DNA of 64,000 nt from an uncultured bacterium (GTDB lineage Bacteria; Krumholzibacteriota; Krumholzibacteriia; Krumholzibacteriales; Krumholzibacteriaceae), in contig CAWFAD010000016.1 of NCBI GenBank assembly GCA_963813815.1, forward strand, positions 320,001 to 384,000, in the 5' to 3' direction. The notes under the pieces were generated by a model that searched no databases, was not told the origin of the DNA, and worked only from the letters and a program-made list of their open reading frames with translations. The position numbers were made by a program, and so were the translations under genes. Below, piece by piece: positions 50,193 to 60,594 of this stretch; the first letter of the stretch is position 1; every line of letters starts with the position of its first letter.

Positions 50193-51974
50193 TCAGCGCA
50201 TCAACACGATCTTCCGGGATCGTGTCTCCCCTCCGGCCTCCACGCGGAAAAAATAAACGCCCGGCGCGGCGGCCCGCCCGCGGTCGTTCTTCCCGTCCCA
50301 GTGGAAACTCCGGAATCCCATTTGCATCGGCCCCTCGAAGATGGCGCGAACGCGACTCCCGGCGGCCCCGCACACCTCGGCGCCGACGCGGGCGTCGGCG
50401 TCGAGCCTCAGGAGGACCGTCGAGCCGGCGTTCGCCGGATTCGGATAGGGGGGGAAGAGGAATCCGGGAAACGGGGCCGCGGCGCGCGGGCTCTGCGCTC
50501 CGCTCTCGACTATCTCGTCGAGGTTGAGGTGCCCCTCGGCCGACGCGTCGACGATCTCGAGGTAGACCTCCCTGCCGTAGAGGGAATCCGTTCTCCAGAA
50601 GCGGGGCTCGAGCGTCTCGGCGCCGGTCCCCGTCGCGCTCGCGATGATCTCGTGGCTTCGCGAATCGCGGAGCGCGAGGAAAATCCTCGCGGGATCCTCC
50701 GTGCCGCCGATGAGGAACGATATCTCCGTGCCCGTGACGAGAAAATCCCTGCTTCGGACGCCCCCCACGGCCTCGTCGCCGACGAGGCCACCCTCGACGG
50801 TGGAGGTGAGGGGCCCCCGGTAGCGCTCGCGCGTGCCGATCCAAGAGTTGCCGGCGACGCCGACCGTCACCGGCTCTCCCCGGAATGCCGGATTCTCGCC
50901 GAAGGTCGGCTGATACGCGAACGCCGAGTCCGTCGAGAATATTGCGCTTCCGGTCTCGCCGAAGCGCGGGTCCGGATCGTCGAGATCGAGCGGCGACCAA
51001 TCCTCGAAAAACGTCCCGTCCTCCCCGACATACGGATCCCCGGCGTCGTCCCAGAAGAGCGAATCGACCTTCATGACGTTTCGGTAGACGCCGTCGGCGA
51101 GGTAGCTCTTGTGGCGCGCGATGAGCGTGTTCGGCCGGTCGCCGAAAATCTCCTGCGCCTGGCCGAGGGCGATGACCTTTCGCGTCTCCTTGCTCCAGGG
51201 GCCGTCCATCGATTCGGCGCGAACCACGGATATGCCGAGCACGCCGTGCTCGTTGAAGAAAAGATACCAGCGCCCGTCCCGCTCGACGAGCTGCGCCGAT
51301 TCGAGCACTTCCCCCGAATCGTTGACGAGGAGAGGTCCCCGGTCGCTCCACGAGAGTCCGTCGACCGATACCGCGTGGTCCACCGCGCCGAGGCCTTCCC
51401 GCGTCGTGGCGGTGTTGAGGACGTGCAGCGTATCCGATAGGCGGAAGACGTCCGGGTCGCGGCAGTTCGACCATTGCCCTTCCCGCCAGTCGAACCGCGC
51501 GGTGTCGGGATGGTAGATCGGATTCGACGGATGCGCGCGCCAGGCGAAAAGATCCTCGCTCTCGGCCATCCCCATGCGCTGGGCGACGCTCGAATCGACG
51601 CCCGTGTAGTAGAGGCGATACCCGTCCTCCCAGGGAACGATGTCGGGCGCCCAGATGTTTCTCTCGTCCCACGTCCCGGTGCCGACGCCGAGCACGTCCG
51701 GATGCATCGTCCAGTGCCGGAAGTCCTTCGTGGTCGCGTGTGCGAACGAAACCTCGTTTCCCGGCACGCGCCAATCCATCGCCGAATCGCTCCCGACGAT
51801 CATGAAGCAATGCCACTGGTCGCCGCGTTTCACAAAGCAGCGGTCCTTCGTGTAGCGGCCGGGAATGGCGAGGTACCGCTGATCGAAGGAAAAGCGCTCG
51901 AAGCCGGCGGCGCCTCGGGGCGACGCGAGGAGAACGATCGGGGCGATGAGGGCCGTCAGTATCCGCCGTTTCAA
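50193..51974 (-). CDS. Secreted GH32/GH43-like five-bladed beta-propeller glycosidase with FlgD-Ig/T9SS-type C-terminal domain
   Basis: TKD, HATTKDFRHW, IWAPD, CRDPDV, LESA; PYPNP..WDGKNDRG..PGVYF; TTG start after ggggagg (alternative ATG at 52022). Confidence 0.8.
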   Translation of the reverse strand: MKRRILTALIAPIVLLASPRGAAGFERFSFDQRYLAIPGRYTKDRCFVKRGDQWHCFMIVGSDSAMDWRVPGNEVSFAHATTKDFRHWTMHPDVLGVGTGTWDERNIWAPDIVPWEDGYRLYYTGVDSSVAQRMGMAESEDLFAWRAHPSNPIYHPDTARFDWREGQWSNCRDPDVFRLSDTLHVLNTATTREGLGAVDHAVSVDGLSWSDRGPLLVNDSGEVLESAQLVERDGRWYLFFNEHGVLGISVVRAESMDGPWSKETRKVIALGQAQEIFGDRPNTLIARHKSYLADGVYRNVMKVDSLFWDDAGDPYVGEDGTFFEDWSPLDLDDPDPRFGETGSAIFSTDSAFAYQPTFGENPAFRGEPVTVGVAGNSWIGTRERYRGPLTSTVEGGLVGDEAVGGVRSRDFLVTGTEISFLIGGTEDPARIFLALRDSRSHEIIASATGTGAETLEPRFWRTDSLYGREVYLEIVDASAEGHLNLDEIVESGAQSPRAAAPFPGFLFPPYPNPANAGSTVLLRLDADARVGAEVCGAAGSRVRAIFEGPMQMGFRSFHWDGKNDRGRAAAPGVYFFRVEAGGETRSRKIVLMR

Positions 51975-52142
51975 GATGGAAACCTCCCCGGCAACGGCCG
52001 GCAAGACGATAATAGACTTCATCGCGTCTTCCCGCCACAGGAAGAATGCGCGCGGCCCGCATCCGCGCCGTTGAAACGCCGCCCGCAAAAGGGTATATTC
52101 CACGGACGCGGAAAACGGGTCTTTACGGAACGGCGGGATGAG

Positions 52143-54011
52143 ATGATCGTCGTCGACGGCATATCGAAGAGCTACGGCGGCCAAGAGCTCTTCAAGAACG
52201 CGAGCTGCACGATCGGCGCCGGCGAGCGCGTCGGTCTCGTCGGTAGGAACGGCTCCGGCAAAACCACGCTCTTCCGGCTCATCGCCGGAGAGGAGGAGCC
52301 CGATTCGGGCTCGATCGCGCTTCCGAGAAACTACTCGATCGGCTACGTCAAGCAGGAGCCCGACTTCGCCGAGAGCACGGTGTTGCTGGAGGGGTGCCGC
52401 GGGCTTCCGCCCGCCGAGCGGGATCATCGCTGGAAGGTCGAGAAGATACTCGCGGGGCTCGGTTTCAGCGAGCGCGATTTCGAGAAGAGTCCGGCGGAGC
52501 TCTCCGGCGGATTTCAGGTGCGGCTCAATCTCGCGAAGACCCTCGTTCGGGAAGCGAACCTCCTCCTGCTCGACGAGCCGAACAACTACCTCGACATCAC
52601 CTCGATACGCTGGCTCGCCCAGCATCTGAGAAGCTGGCGGGGCGAGCTCGTGCTCGTCACGCACGACCGCGGATTCATGGACACCGTGGCGACCCACGTG
52701 ATCGGGATTCACCGGAAGGGCTTCCGCAAGATCGCCGGAGACACCGGAAAGCTCTACGCGCGGCTCGCTGCGGACGAGGAGACCTACGAGCGGACGAGGC
52801 TGAGCGACGAGAAGAGGAGAAATCAGGCGGAGCTCTTCATACGCCGCTTCCGGGCGAAGGCGCCGCTCGCGAGGCGCGTTCAGTCGAGGATCAAGGCTCT
52901 CGAGCGGCACGAGAAGCTCGAGAAGCTCGAGCAGGAGAAAAACCTCGATTTCTCATTCCGGTCGAAACCCTTCAACGGAAAGCCCGTCATGCGCGCCTCG
53001 GGCGTCTCCTTCGCGTACGAGCCGGAGAGCCCGCTTTTTACCGATCTCTCATTTTCCGTCGGACCGTACGACAGAATCTGCGTCGTCGGCAAGAACGGCA
53101 GGGGGAAAACGACGCTCCTCCGCGCGCTCGCGGGGCGGCTTCCCACGCTCGCTGGAGCGGTCACGCTGAACGCCACGGCCGCGGTCGGATACTACGCGCA
53201 GGCGAACGTCGGCGCGCTCGACGAGGAGCGGACCGTGCTCGACGAGATCTATCGCGCGGACCCGGCGATCGATCAGCAGCAGGCGAGGAACATCTGCGGC
53301 ATGATGATGTTCGAGGGGGACGCCGCGCTGAAAAAGATCAAGGTTCTCTCCGGCGGAGAGAAGAACCGGGTGCTCCTCGGAGCGATCATCGCCACACCGG
53401 TCAACCTGCTGCTCCTCGACGAGCCGACGAACCACCTCGACATGGAATCGTGCGACGCCCTCCTCGAGGCGATCGACGCGTTCGCGGGGGCGGTCGTGAT
53501 GGTCACGCACAACGAGATGCTGCTCCACGGACTCGCGGAGCGTCTCGTCGTGTTTCAGGGCGGAGGCGCGAGCGTGTTCGAGGGGAGCTACCAGCGTTTC
53601 CTCGACGACCGTGGATGGGACGAGGAGCGGGATCGCGGCGGCAGGGAGGCCGGCGAGGAGCCCGCGCGGCGGCGCGCGGAGCGGAGGGAATCGCGGAGAG
53701 AGCGGGCCGCGTTCATCAGGGAGCGTTCGGAAGCGCTGCGCCCGCTCGAGAAGACGATCGCGGATCTCGAGGGCCGGATCGCCGCCGCCGAGGCCGCTCT
53801 CGAGCGCCTCTACGAGAAGGTCGAGGCCGCCTCTCTCGATGGAGACAGCGCCGCCATCGCCGCGTCGTCGATCGGGATTCACGAGGCGCGAAACGAGATC
53901 GAGACCTGCTTCGGTCTGCTGGAGGCGGCGAGCGAGGAGTACGGCGAAAAGAAAAGCGCGTTCGATCTGCGCATGGGCGATTCAGAACCGTCCCCCCGCG
54001 GAGACAGCTAG
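52143..54011 (+). CDS. ABC-F family ATPase
   Basis: GRNGSGKTT, LSGG, LLLDEPNN, GKNGRGKTT, LSGGEK, LDEPTNHLD; no TM segments. Confidence 0.92.
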   Translation: MIVVDGISKSYGGQELFKNASCTIGAGERVGLVGRNGSGKTTLFRLIAGEEEPDSGSIALPRNYSIGYVKQEPDFAESTVLLEGCRGLPPAERDHRWKVEKILAGLGFSERDFEKSPAELSGGFQVRLNLAKTLVREANLLLLDEPNNYLDITSIRWLAQHLRSWRGELVLVTHDRGFMDTVATHVIGIHRKGFRKIAGDTGKLYARLAADEETYERTRLSDEKRRNQAELFIRRFRAKAPLARRVQSRIKALERHEKLEKLEQEKNLDFSFRSKPFNGKPVMRASGVSFAYEPESPLFTDLSFSVGPYDRICVVGKNGRGKTTLLRALAGRLPTLAGAVTLNATAAVGYYAQANVGALDEERTVLDEIYRADPAIDQQQARNICGMMMFEGDAALKKIKVLSGGEKNRVLLGAIIATPVNLLLLDEPTNHLDMESCDALLEAIDAFAGAVVMVTHNEMLLHGLAERLVVFQGGGASVFEGSYQRFLDDRGWDEERDRGGREAGEEPARRRAERRESRRERAAFIRERSEALRPLEKTIADLEGRIAAAEAALERLYEKVEAASLDGDSAAIAASSIGIHEARNEIETCFGLLEAASEEYGEKKSAFDLRMGDSEPSPRGDS

Positions 54012-54070
54012 ACGGGCGGAGCGCGCCCGGCGGCGGGCGCCGCGGGCCCTGAAGCCGTGGAATCCGTTCG

Positions 54071-55405
54071 CTACTGGATCTGCGCCCTGATGAGAGCCGC
54101 GCGGGCCGCGCACGAGGCGGCCTTTTCTATCTGATTGCTCTTCTCGTACAGACTCGCGAGGCTCTCGTTCACCTCGGCTACGTTCGGGTGATTGGGGCCG
54201 AGCTCCTTCTCGTAAATGGCGAGCAGGCGCCGGTAGACCGGCTCGGCCTCGCCATACTTGCCTTGCGCGCGGTAAATCGCCGCGAGATTGCGGAGCGAGA
54301 TCTGGACCTCGGGATGGCTCGATCCGAGGGCCTTTTCCCGGATCGCGAGCGCGCGCTCGCAGAGAGGCTCGGCCGCCTCGTGCTTGCCGCGCGAGGCGTA
54401 GAGAACCGCGAGATTGTTGAGCGGGGTGGCGAGCTCCGGATCGCCCGGGCCGATTCCCTTTTCGTAGATCTCGATCGCCCGTTCGTAGAGCGGCTCGGCG
54501 TCGTTCGGATGCCCCAGCGATTTGCGGATCGTCGCGAGGTTGACGAGGGCCGCCGCCAGCGTGAGATGATCGAGGCCGAGGCCCTTCCGGTAGATCTCGA
54601 TGGCGCGTTCGCAGAGCGGCTCGGCCTCCTCGAGCTTATCCTGGGAGAGATAGACGCTCGCGAGGTTGTGGAGCGAGCGCGCCACGTCGAGGTGGCCCGG
54701 GCCGAGCGTTTTTTCCTCGATGGCGATCGCGCGTTTGTAGAGCGGCTCCGCCTCCTCGTACCGGCCCCGCGCGCGGCAGATCTCGGCGAGATCGTGGAGC
54801 GAGGCGCCGACGTCGGCGTGCTTCGGCCCGAGCGTTTTTTCGCGGATCGCGAGCGCGCGACGGCAAAGAGGCTCCGCCTCCTTGTATCGCTCTCCCGCGC
54901 GATAGAGCTCGGAGAGATTGCTGAGAGAGGCGCCGACGTCGATATGATTGAGTCCAAGCGTCTTTTCCCGGATCGCGAGCGCGCGCCGGTAGAGAGGCTC
55001 GGCCGCGGAAGGCTTTCCCTGCGAGAAGCGGATCGCAGCGAGATTGGCGAGGGAGGCGGCAACCGCCGGATGATCGGGCCCGAAGACTTTTTCATAGATC
55101 GAGAGGGAGCGCTTGCAGAACCGCTCGGCCTCGGCGAGCTTTCCCTGCTCCTTGTGGAGCACGGCTATGCACTGCAGCGAGTTCGCCACGTCGGGATGGT
55201 TCGGCCCGTTCGACTTCTCGGCGAGCGAGAGGGCCTGCATCGCGACCTCGAGAGCCTCGATATGCTTGCCCTGCGCGCGAAGCGCGGCGCTGCGCTTGCC
55301 GAGAGCCGCCCACTCTTCGTTCCCCGCATGAGCGGCGGCGGCCAACAACGCGGCCGCGGCGCAGATTCCGACGAGCGATCGAAGCGTTTTCCCTTTCCGA
55401 ATCAT
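54071..55405 (-). CDS. Secreted TPR protein (42-aa kinesin-light-chain-type repeats)
   Basis: RBS ggaggt; signal peptide; repeated AEPLYxRALAIREKxLGPxHPDVAxSLxNLA. Confidence 0.9.
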   Translation of the reverse strand: MIRKGKTLRSLVGICAAAALLAAAAHAGNEEWAALGKRSAALRAQGKHIEALEVAMQALSLAEKSNGPNHPDVANSLQCIAVLHKEQGKLAEAERFCKRSLSIYEKVFGPDHPAVAASLANLAAIRFSQGKPSAAEPLYRRALAIREKTLGLNHIDVGASLSNLSELYRAGERYKEAEPLCRRALAIREKTLGPKHADVGASLHDLAEICRARGRYEEAEPLYKRAIAIEEKTLGPGHLDVARSLHNLASVYLSQDKLEEAEPLCERAIEIYRKGLGLDHLTLAAALVNLATIRKSLGHPNDAEPLYERAIEIYEKGIGPGDPELATPLNNLAVLYASRGKHEAAEPLCERALAIREKALGSSHPEVQISLRNLAAIYRAQGKYGEAEPVYRRLLAIYEKELGPNHPNVAEVNESLASLYEKSNQIEKAASCAARAALIRAQIQ

Positions 55406-55911
55406 CCTTGACCTCCAGCCTTTGAAGAGAGGCTTTCGCATAGATCAAGCCAAGCGGACGCGACGGCTCGCCCTCGGAACGGCCAGCGGCAATAGATTTA
55501 TAGATAATGAGTTATTGTGACGCCCGGGAGGCGGGAAGGGAAAGCTCCGGCGAGTCCCTCATGCAAATAGCCGACAGGATCTCCCGCCCATCGTGATGAG
55601 CCCGGAGAGGCGTCGGCTATTCTTTTGCCCCCATCGTCAGGTTGGGGCATCTCACAAACAGTTAAATCATATCCCTTTTAAAAAAGCGAGTCAAGGGAAA
55701 TTGAGATTAAGCGCATTACGTCAAATAAAAGAAAAACCAGCCGTGTTTCGGCGGCGGAGTATCGGACTTGAAGAATATTATTCCCGAAAAAGGGATTCGC
55801 TCTTAGCGGATTCAGGCACTGTTTATGCGAAAATCTCCATCGGAGGCAATTTTCGTGCTCTGCGCTTGGATCCGAGATCCCGCTGAGCGGGATGTAAAGG
55901 ATAGATGCCGT

Positions 55912-57558
55912 ATGAAACGATACCTAGCGATGCTCGTCGTTTCGCTCGCTCTCATGGGAGCGTGCGATCGCGGCGACGGTATAGTCGACAGCACGGCGCC
56001 CGCGCCCGAGACTCCCGACGAGTCGATCGTGATTTCGAACTGCGCCGCGCTCGAGGACGCCGTTCTGGCCTTCGCGGCGGAGAACGACGGCGTGTACCCG
56101 GCGAGCGTCGGCGCCGATACGACCCTCGCCGGAAGCACCCTGTTGGATCTCCTGGGCGAGGGCGCCCTCGCGGAGAATCCCTTCACCGGCTCTCCCACGG
56201 CGCCGCTCGACGGCGCGGCGCAGAATCCCGGCGAAGTCGGCTACGCTCCGGTGTGCGAGGGAGACTGGAACGTCGGCTACCTCATAACGGGGTACGGGAC
56301 GTCGTCTCTCGTCGCGACTCTCAGCAACGTCGGTTCCCCCGAAGAGGCCAAGGTCCTCGCGAACTGCTTTATCGTGAGACAGGCCGCGGAGAGGCAGTAC
56401 TCCGACCACCCTTATTCGGGGTACCCTTTCGAAATCCCCTCAGTCGGCTGGCCGCACCTGTGGCTCTATCCTCTCATCGTGAACCCTTACACAGGAGAAG
56501 CCGGCATGCCGGTGCCGCGCATCGCCGAAACACGGGGAGAGGTCGGGTACACCTTCGCGCGGACGATTAACGGAGAGGTCGGTTACGTCGTTACGGGCTG
56601 CGGAGCGGAGGGGATTATCCTCGTGCTCTCGAATCTCGATCTCTCTCGCGAAGAAATGATCGTCGCATCGCGGTGCAGAACGATTCAGCTTGCCGCCGAG
56701 GCGTGGGCGCAAAGCCACGCGAGCTGCTATCCAACCGGGATGTCGTGCCCAGAGGGCGTGGCCTATCGGTCGATCCAGGCCGGCGAGTGGAACGTGGGGT
56801 ATCTCGTCACGGGCGCGGCGGACGGAACGCCGGTGTGCGAGCTCACGAACATCTCCTCCCCCGAGGACGCCGCCGTTCGGTTGAACTGTCAGCTTCTCAG
56901 AAAGGCCGTTGAGGAGTTCGCGGCGCTGAGCCTCGGCCGCTATCCGAACGACGTCGATCGCGATACGACGCCCGGAGGAGAGACGGTCGTCGATCTTCTT
57001 CCGCGCTCACATCTCTTTCTGAATCCGTTCACCGGCGTAGCCGCGGCTCCCGTAAATCATTCGGCGTCCGACGACGGGGAGATAGGGTACGCCGCGGTGT
57101 CCGCCGCGGAGGCGAGCTACCCGGGCGACTTCGAGATCGCCCCCGGCTACGTCATAACGGGAATGTGCGCCGGAAGTCGAGCCGTCGCCGTGACGAATAT
57201 GAGCTGCGACCAGATAGGGGCGGTGACGATCTCTCACTGTCGAACGCTTCAGCTCGCCGTCGAGCGATTCGCCTCGCTCAACGGCGGAGTGTATCCCGGG
57301 GATATTTCCTGCGACATGACGCCGGACGGCGATACGATAGTCGACCTCTTGCCGCGCGGGGCTTTTCTCCTCAACAGGGCGATCCTTTGCTATACCGAGC
57401 CGGTGGATGGCTGCGCCGTCTTGGAAGGTCAGGTGGGATACCATCCGGTTTGCCGAAACGGCGTGAACGTCGGCTGCGTCATTTCCGGCGTGGGATGCGA
57501 AGCGGGCACCACGGTGATGGTGATCGTCATGGAGCCGCCGTACGTCGAGGTTCCCTGA
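55912..57558 (+). CDS. Lipoprotein with five tandem pilin-head-like repeats
   Basis: Lipobox MGAC; five copies of CxxLxxA(V/A)ExF..G.YP..NP(F/Y)TG..GE(V/I)GY..GY.(I/V)TG. Confidence 0.8.
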   Translation: MKRYLAMLVVSLALMGACDRGDGIVDSTAPAPETPDESIVISNCAALEDAVLAFAAENDGVYPASVGADTTLAGSTLLDLLGEGALAENPFTGSPTAPLDGAAQNPGEVGYAPVCEGDWNVGYLITGYGTSSLVATLSNVGSPEEAKVLANCFIVRQAAERQYSDHPYSGYPFEIPSVGWPHLWLYPLIVNPYTGEAGMPVPRIAETRGEVGYTFARTINGEVGYVVTGCGAEGIILVLSNLDLSREEMIVASRCRTIQLAAEAWAQSHASCYPTGMSCPEGVAYRSIQAGEWNVGYLVTGAADGTPVCELTNISSPEDAAVRLNCQLLRKAVEEFAALSLGRYPNDVDRDTTPGGETVVDLLPRSHLFLNPFTGVAAAPVNHSASDDGEIGYAAVSAAEASYPGDFEIAPGYVITGMCAGSRAVAVTNMSCDQIGAVTISHCRTLQLAVERFASLNGGVYPGDISCDMTPDGDTIVDLLPRGAFLLNRAILCYTEPVDGCAVLEGQVGYHPVCRNGVNVGCVISGVGCEAGTTVMVIVMEPPYVEVP

Positions 57559-57890
57559 TCCGGCGGCATGAGGCCGCATGGGCAAGGGCTCGAAATCGCC
57601 CGGGAATGGCCGGACAGGAACCCGCGTTCGAGGATCAACCGGGAAGCCGCGGCAACCGAACGGCGCCAGGTTGAACGGTCTGGGGCTCAGTTCCCAGTCA
57701 TCTGTACCGAACGGTACAACATTCGAGATGCACCGGCCCGTCAGAACACCATTTAACTAGTTGTCATATAATCAATTAATGCGAACCGCCCACTCTGGCC
57801 TCCATCCTGCTTTTATTCCCAATCGAAACCGGGCAGGAGACAGTTAGGAGACAGCGCAGCAGCAGCAGCAACAGGAGAAGGAGGTCCGCT

Positions 57891-58214
57891 ATGCGTAAGG
57901 TATTTTCGGTTCTTGCAGTCATCGTGGCCGTGTTCGTCCTCGCCGCTCCGTCGGCGATGGCGGGGGATTTCTTCTACAATTGGCTCCGTGACGACGACGG
58001 CGACGGTATTCCGAACTGCATCGATGGCGACTATGTGCCGCCCGAGGACGGCACGGGTTATGGGAAGCTCGGCCCCGTCGAGGGTCTGGCCCTGACCGAC
58101 GGCAACGACGATGGTAGCGATCAAATCCGGATTCGCACGGACAAGCGCGCCGGCGAGCTCAACGGATACAGCTACCTTTATCGGTACAGACACATGCGTC
58201 TCCTTGGGAAGTAA
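57891..58214 (+). CDS. Small secreted protein with DxDxDG (Ca-binding-like) motif
   Basis: RBS aaggaggt; signal peptide; RDDDGDGIPNCIDGDYVPPEDGTG. Confidence 0.8.
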   Translation: MRKVFSVLAVIVAVFVLAAPSAMAGDFFYNWLRDDDGDGIPNCIDGDYVPPEDGTGYGKLGPVEGLALTDGNDDGSDQIRIRTDKRAGELNGYSYLYRYRHMRLLGK

Positions 58215-58264
58215 GGGATAGCAACGAGGCCCGGTCCGCTCTCGCACCAGAGAGTCTGACTGCG

Positions 58265-58301
58265 GTGCCCCCGGAAGGAAACTTCCGGGGGCGCTTTTTT
58301 T
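58265..58301 (+). terminator. Intrinsic terminator
   Basis: gtgcccccggaag-gaaa-cttccgggggcgc followed by a T-tract. Confidence 0.85.
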
Positions 58302-58307
58302 ATTGGA

Positions 58308-59738
58308 TCAACTCTCTCTGAATTCGACGAGGAATCGCATGAAGGCGGCGGCGTCCTCGAAGTTCGACGCGAGCCCGAGCGAGATGCGCACGGCCCCCGT
58401 GCTCTTTCCGTCGATGCACTGGCGGAACTGCTCGAGCGACAGACGCGCTCCCGACCCGCCGAGACACTGAACCATCTCGTTCCTCGAGAGGCCGAGGGCG
58501 AGCTCGCCGGCTCCCGGATTGCAGAAGCATCCGGTGCGGAGCGAGATCTTCCGGCGGTTCGCCCGCTCCTCGACGAGGAGATGGTTGATCGACTCGCCGG
58601 CGCCGTCGTACACGTTGAAGGCGATCGTCGCGCCGCGCATCGCGGTGTCGACCGGGCCGTACACGCGGACGATCGGGCGGCCGTTCGCGTGCGTCATCGA
58701 CGCCATCCCCTCGAGAATCCAACCGGCGAGGCACATGACGCGCGTGTGGATGGCGTCGAGGCCGATCGAGTCGATGAAGTCGAGCCCCCGCTCGACGGCC
58801 GGGAGGCAGGCGTAGTTGAGCGTGCCGTCCTCGAATCCCTGGGCGCCCGCCGCGAGAAAGTGCCGGTCGGCCTGCACGGAGGCGACCGTGATCGTGCCCC
58901 CCGCGAACCACGGGCGCTGGAGCTTTTCGAGCGCCCCGCGCCGCGCGATGAGCGCGCCGACCCCCGTCGGGTAGCCGAACATCTTATAGAACGAAACCGC
59001 CGTGAAATCGGGGTGGTGCCGCCCGAGGTCGAGACGATTCGTCGGCACGAACGCCGCCGCGTCGAGAAGTACGTCCCAGCCCGCCTCGTGCGCGCGATCG
59101 ATCCACTCGAGGGGATGCTGCACGCCCGAGAAGTTGGACTGGGCCGGATAGGCGAAGAGACGGTTGCAGTTTCGCGGGCTCTCCGCGAGGCAGCGCTCGA
59201 GAACGCAGTCGAGAATCCGCAGGTCGGGAGGCATGACGGGGACGTACTTCGTCACGGCTCCGTGGATCCGGTCATACTCGCGGATGCCGTTCACCGAGTT
59301 GTGGTTGTCGAAGCTGAGGAGCAGCACGTCTCCCTTGCAGAAGGGATACCCCTCGCCGACGAGCTTCAGCGCGTGCGTGGCGTTCGCCGTCAGCACGGGG
59401 ACGTACTCGTCGGGAGAGGCGTTGAAGAACTCGAGAATGCGATGGCGGCAGCGCTCGACGTAATCGGTCGCGATCATCGAGGTCGGATTGGTGGAATGGG
59501 GATTGCCGAGAACGGTGCCGAGGAGAAAATCCGCGTGACCCCGGACGTGCGACTCTCCGTACAGCCCGCCGCCGGTATAATCGAGATAGACGTGTCCGAG
59601 CCGGTCGAGCCGCGAAAACTCACGGCGCCGGATCTCGTCGAGCTGCGCCGTATCCGCGTATCGCGGATAGCGCTCGAGGAACTCCTCGTAACTCGTTTCC
59701 GCCGTCCCCGTTCGGGGCGGGGTAGGGTCCGTGCTCAT
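58308..59738 (-). CDS. Class V PLP enzyme, Moco-sulfurase (MOCOS/ABA3 NifS domain)-like cysteine desulfurase
   Basis: VYLDYTG, GNPHS, DNHNSV, PAQSNFSG, LDAAA, SFYKMFGYPTG, RTGCFCNPG. Confidence 0.88.
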   Translation of the reverse strand: MSTDPTPPRTGTAETSYEEFLERYPRYADTAQLDEIRRREFSRLDRLGHVYLDYTGGGLYGESHVRGHADFLLGTVLGNPHSTNPTSMIATDYVERCRHRILEFFNASPDEYVPVLTANATHALKLVGEGYPFCKGDVLLLSFDNHNSVNGIREYDRIHGAVTKYVPVMPPDLRILDCVLERCLAESPRNCNRLFAYPAQSNFSGVQHPLEWIDRAHEAGWDVLLDAAAFVPTNRLDLGRHHPDFTAVSFYKMFGYPTGVGALIARRGALEKLQRPWFAGGTITVASVQADRHFLAAGAQGFEDGTLNYACLPAVERGLDFIDSIGLDAIHTRVMCLAGWILEGMASMTHANGRPIVRVYGPVDTAMRGATIAFNVYDGAGESINHLLVEERANRRKISLRTGCFCNPGAGELALGLSRNEMVQCLGGSGARLSLEQFRQCIDGKSTGAVRISLGLASNFEDAAAFMRFLVEFRES

Positions 59739-59815
59739 GCGCGATGCCTCCGGTCGAAGCGACGCTTTCTACAGTATCGAACGTCCGCCCCGCTGTCAAT
59801 ACGCGCAAAATCCGG

Positions 59816-59844
59816 TTGACGTCAAAACATTAAATATTTATAAT
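59816..59844 (+). promoter_or_regulatory. Sigma70-type promoter with overlapping palindromes (possible ArsR operator)
   Basis: TTGACG-N17-TATAAT; palindromes ttgacgtcaa (59816-59825) and taaatattta (59831-59840). Confidence 0.7.
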
Positions 59845-59923
59845 ATATCCGCCGTTGAATATTCCGCGCCCCGGCCGCGGGCCGCCCGGCGCGTTCCCCG
59901 AACGAACGACAAGGAGAGCTGTC

Positions 59924-60178
59924 ATGGATGAGAGCGAGCTGAAATCCCTCAAGGCGGGCAAGGTGGTCGACGCGCGGGGCATGGCGTGCCCCGGGCCGCT
60001 CCTCGAGGCCAAGAAGGCGATGGCCGGCGTTCCGGTGGGCGGCGTCATGGAGGTCCTCTCCTCGGACGAGGGGACGAACAACGACATTCCCGCCTGGACG
60101 AGGAAGATGCAGTACGAGTTTCTCGGGGTGCTGGAGGACGCCGGGTTCTGGAGGCTCTTCGTCCGCAAGACGAAGTAG
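59924..60178 (+). CDS. tusA: TusA-family sulfur carrier
   Basis: RBS aaggag; VDARGMACPGP. Confidence 0.88.
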   Translation: MDESELKSLKAGKVVDARGMACPGPLLEAKKAMAGVPVGGVMEVLSSDEGTNNDIPAWTRKMQYEFLGVLEDAGFWRLFVRKTK

Positions 60179-60260
60179 CGGGTCCGGGCCGCGCCGCGGC
60201 GCGTGCTCAACAGGCTCTAGGCCGCCGGCCGGCGCGTTTCTTCCGGATTCGGGGGATGCG

Positions 60261-60554
60261 ATGAGGGATGTGCAGGAAAAGAGACGCTGCGCGAGGATCG
60301 CCGCGATCTTCAAGACGCTCTCGCACCCGCAGAGACTGTTTCTGCTCTGCTGTCTCTGCGAAGGCGAGGCGACCGTGGGGGATCTGCAGAAACAGTGTGG
60401 CGCCCCGCAGCCGGTCATATCGCAGCACCTCTCGCGGATGCGGCGCGAGGGTCTCGTGAAGGCGAGGCGGACGGGCACGCGGGCGCATTACCGCATCGCC
60501 GACCCGCGGATACCGGCGCTCATCCGGAGCATGGAAAAGATCATCGGCCCCTGA
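60261..60554 (+). CDS. ArsR/SmtB-family transcriptional regulator
   Basis: FKTLSHPQRL, ISQHLSRMRREGLV, YRIAD. Confidence 0.88.
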   Translation: MRDVQEKRRCARIAAIFKTLSHPQRLFLLCCLCEGEATVGDLQKQCGAPQPVISQHLSRMRREGLVKARRTGTRAHYRIADPRIPALIRSMEKIIGP

Positions 60555-60594
60555 TGCGCCCGATCGCGCGGCCGGGGAGGCCCGGCGGATGGCC

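Noticed and set aside
50193..54011. Extended ORF starts at 52910 (-) and 51474 (+) implying a large antisense overlap
   Set aside because: RBS and domain boundaries put the starts at about 51974 and 52143, giving ordinary divergent genes
57851..57875. Short (GCA)n run as a contingency locus
   Set aside because: Only about five units in a 5' leader, with no evidence of variation
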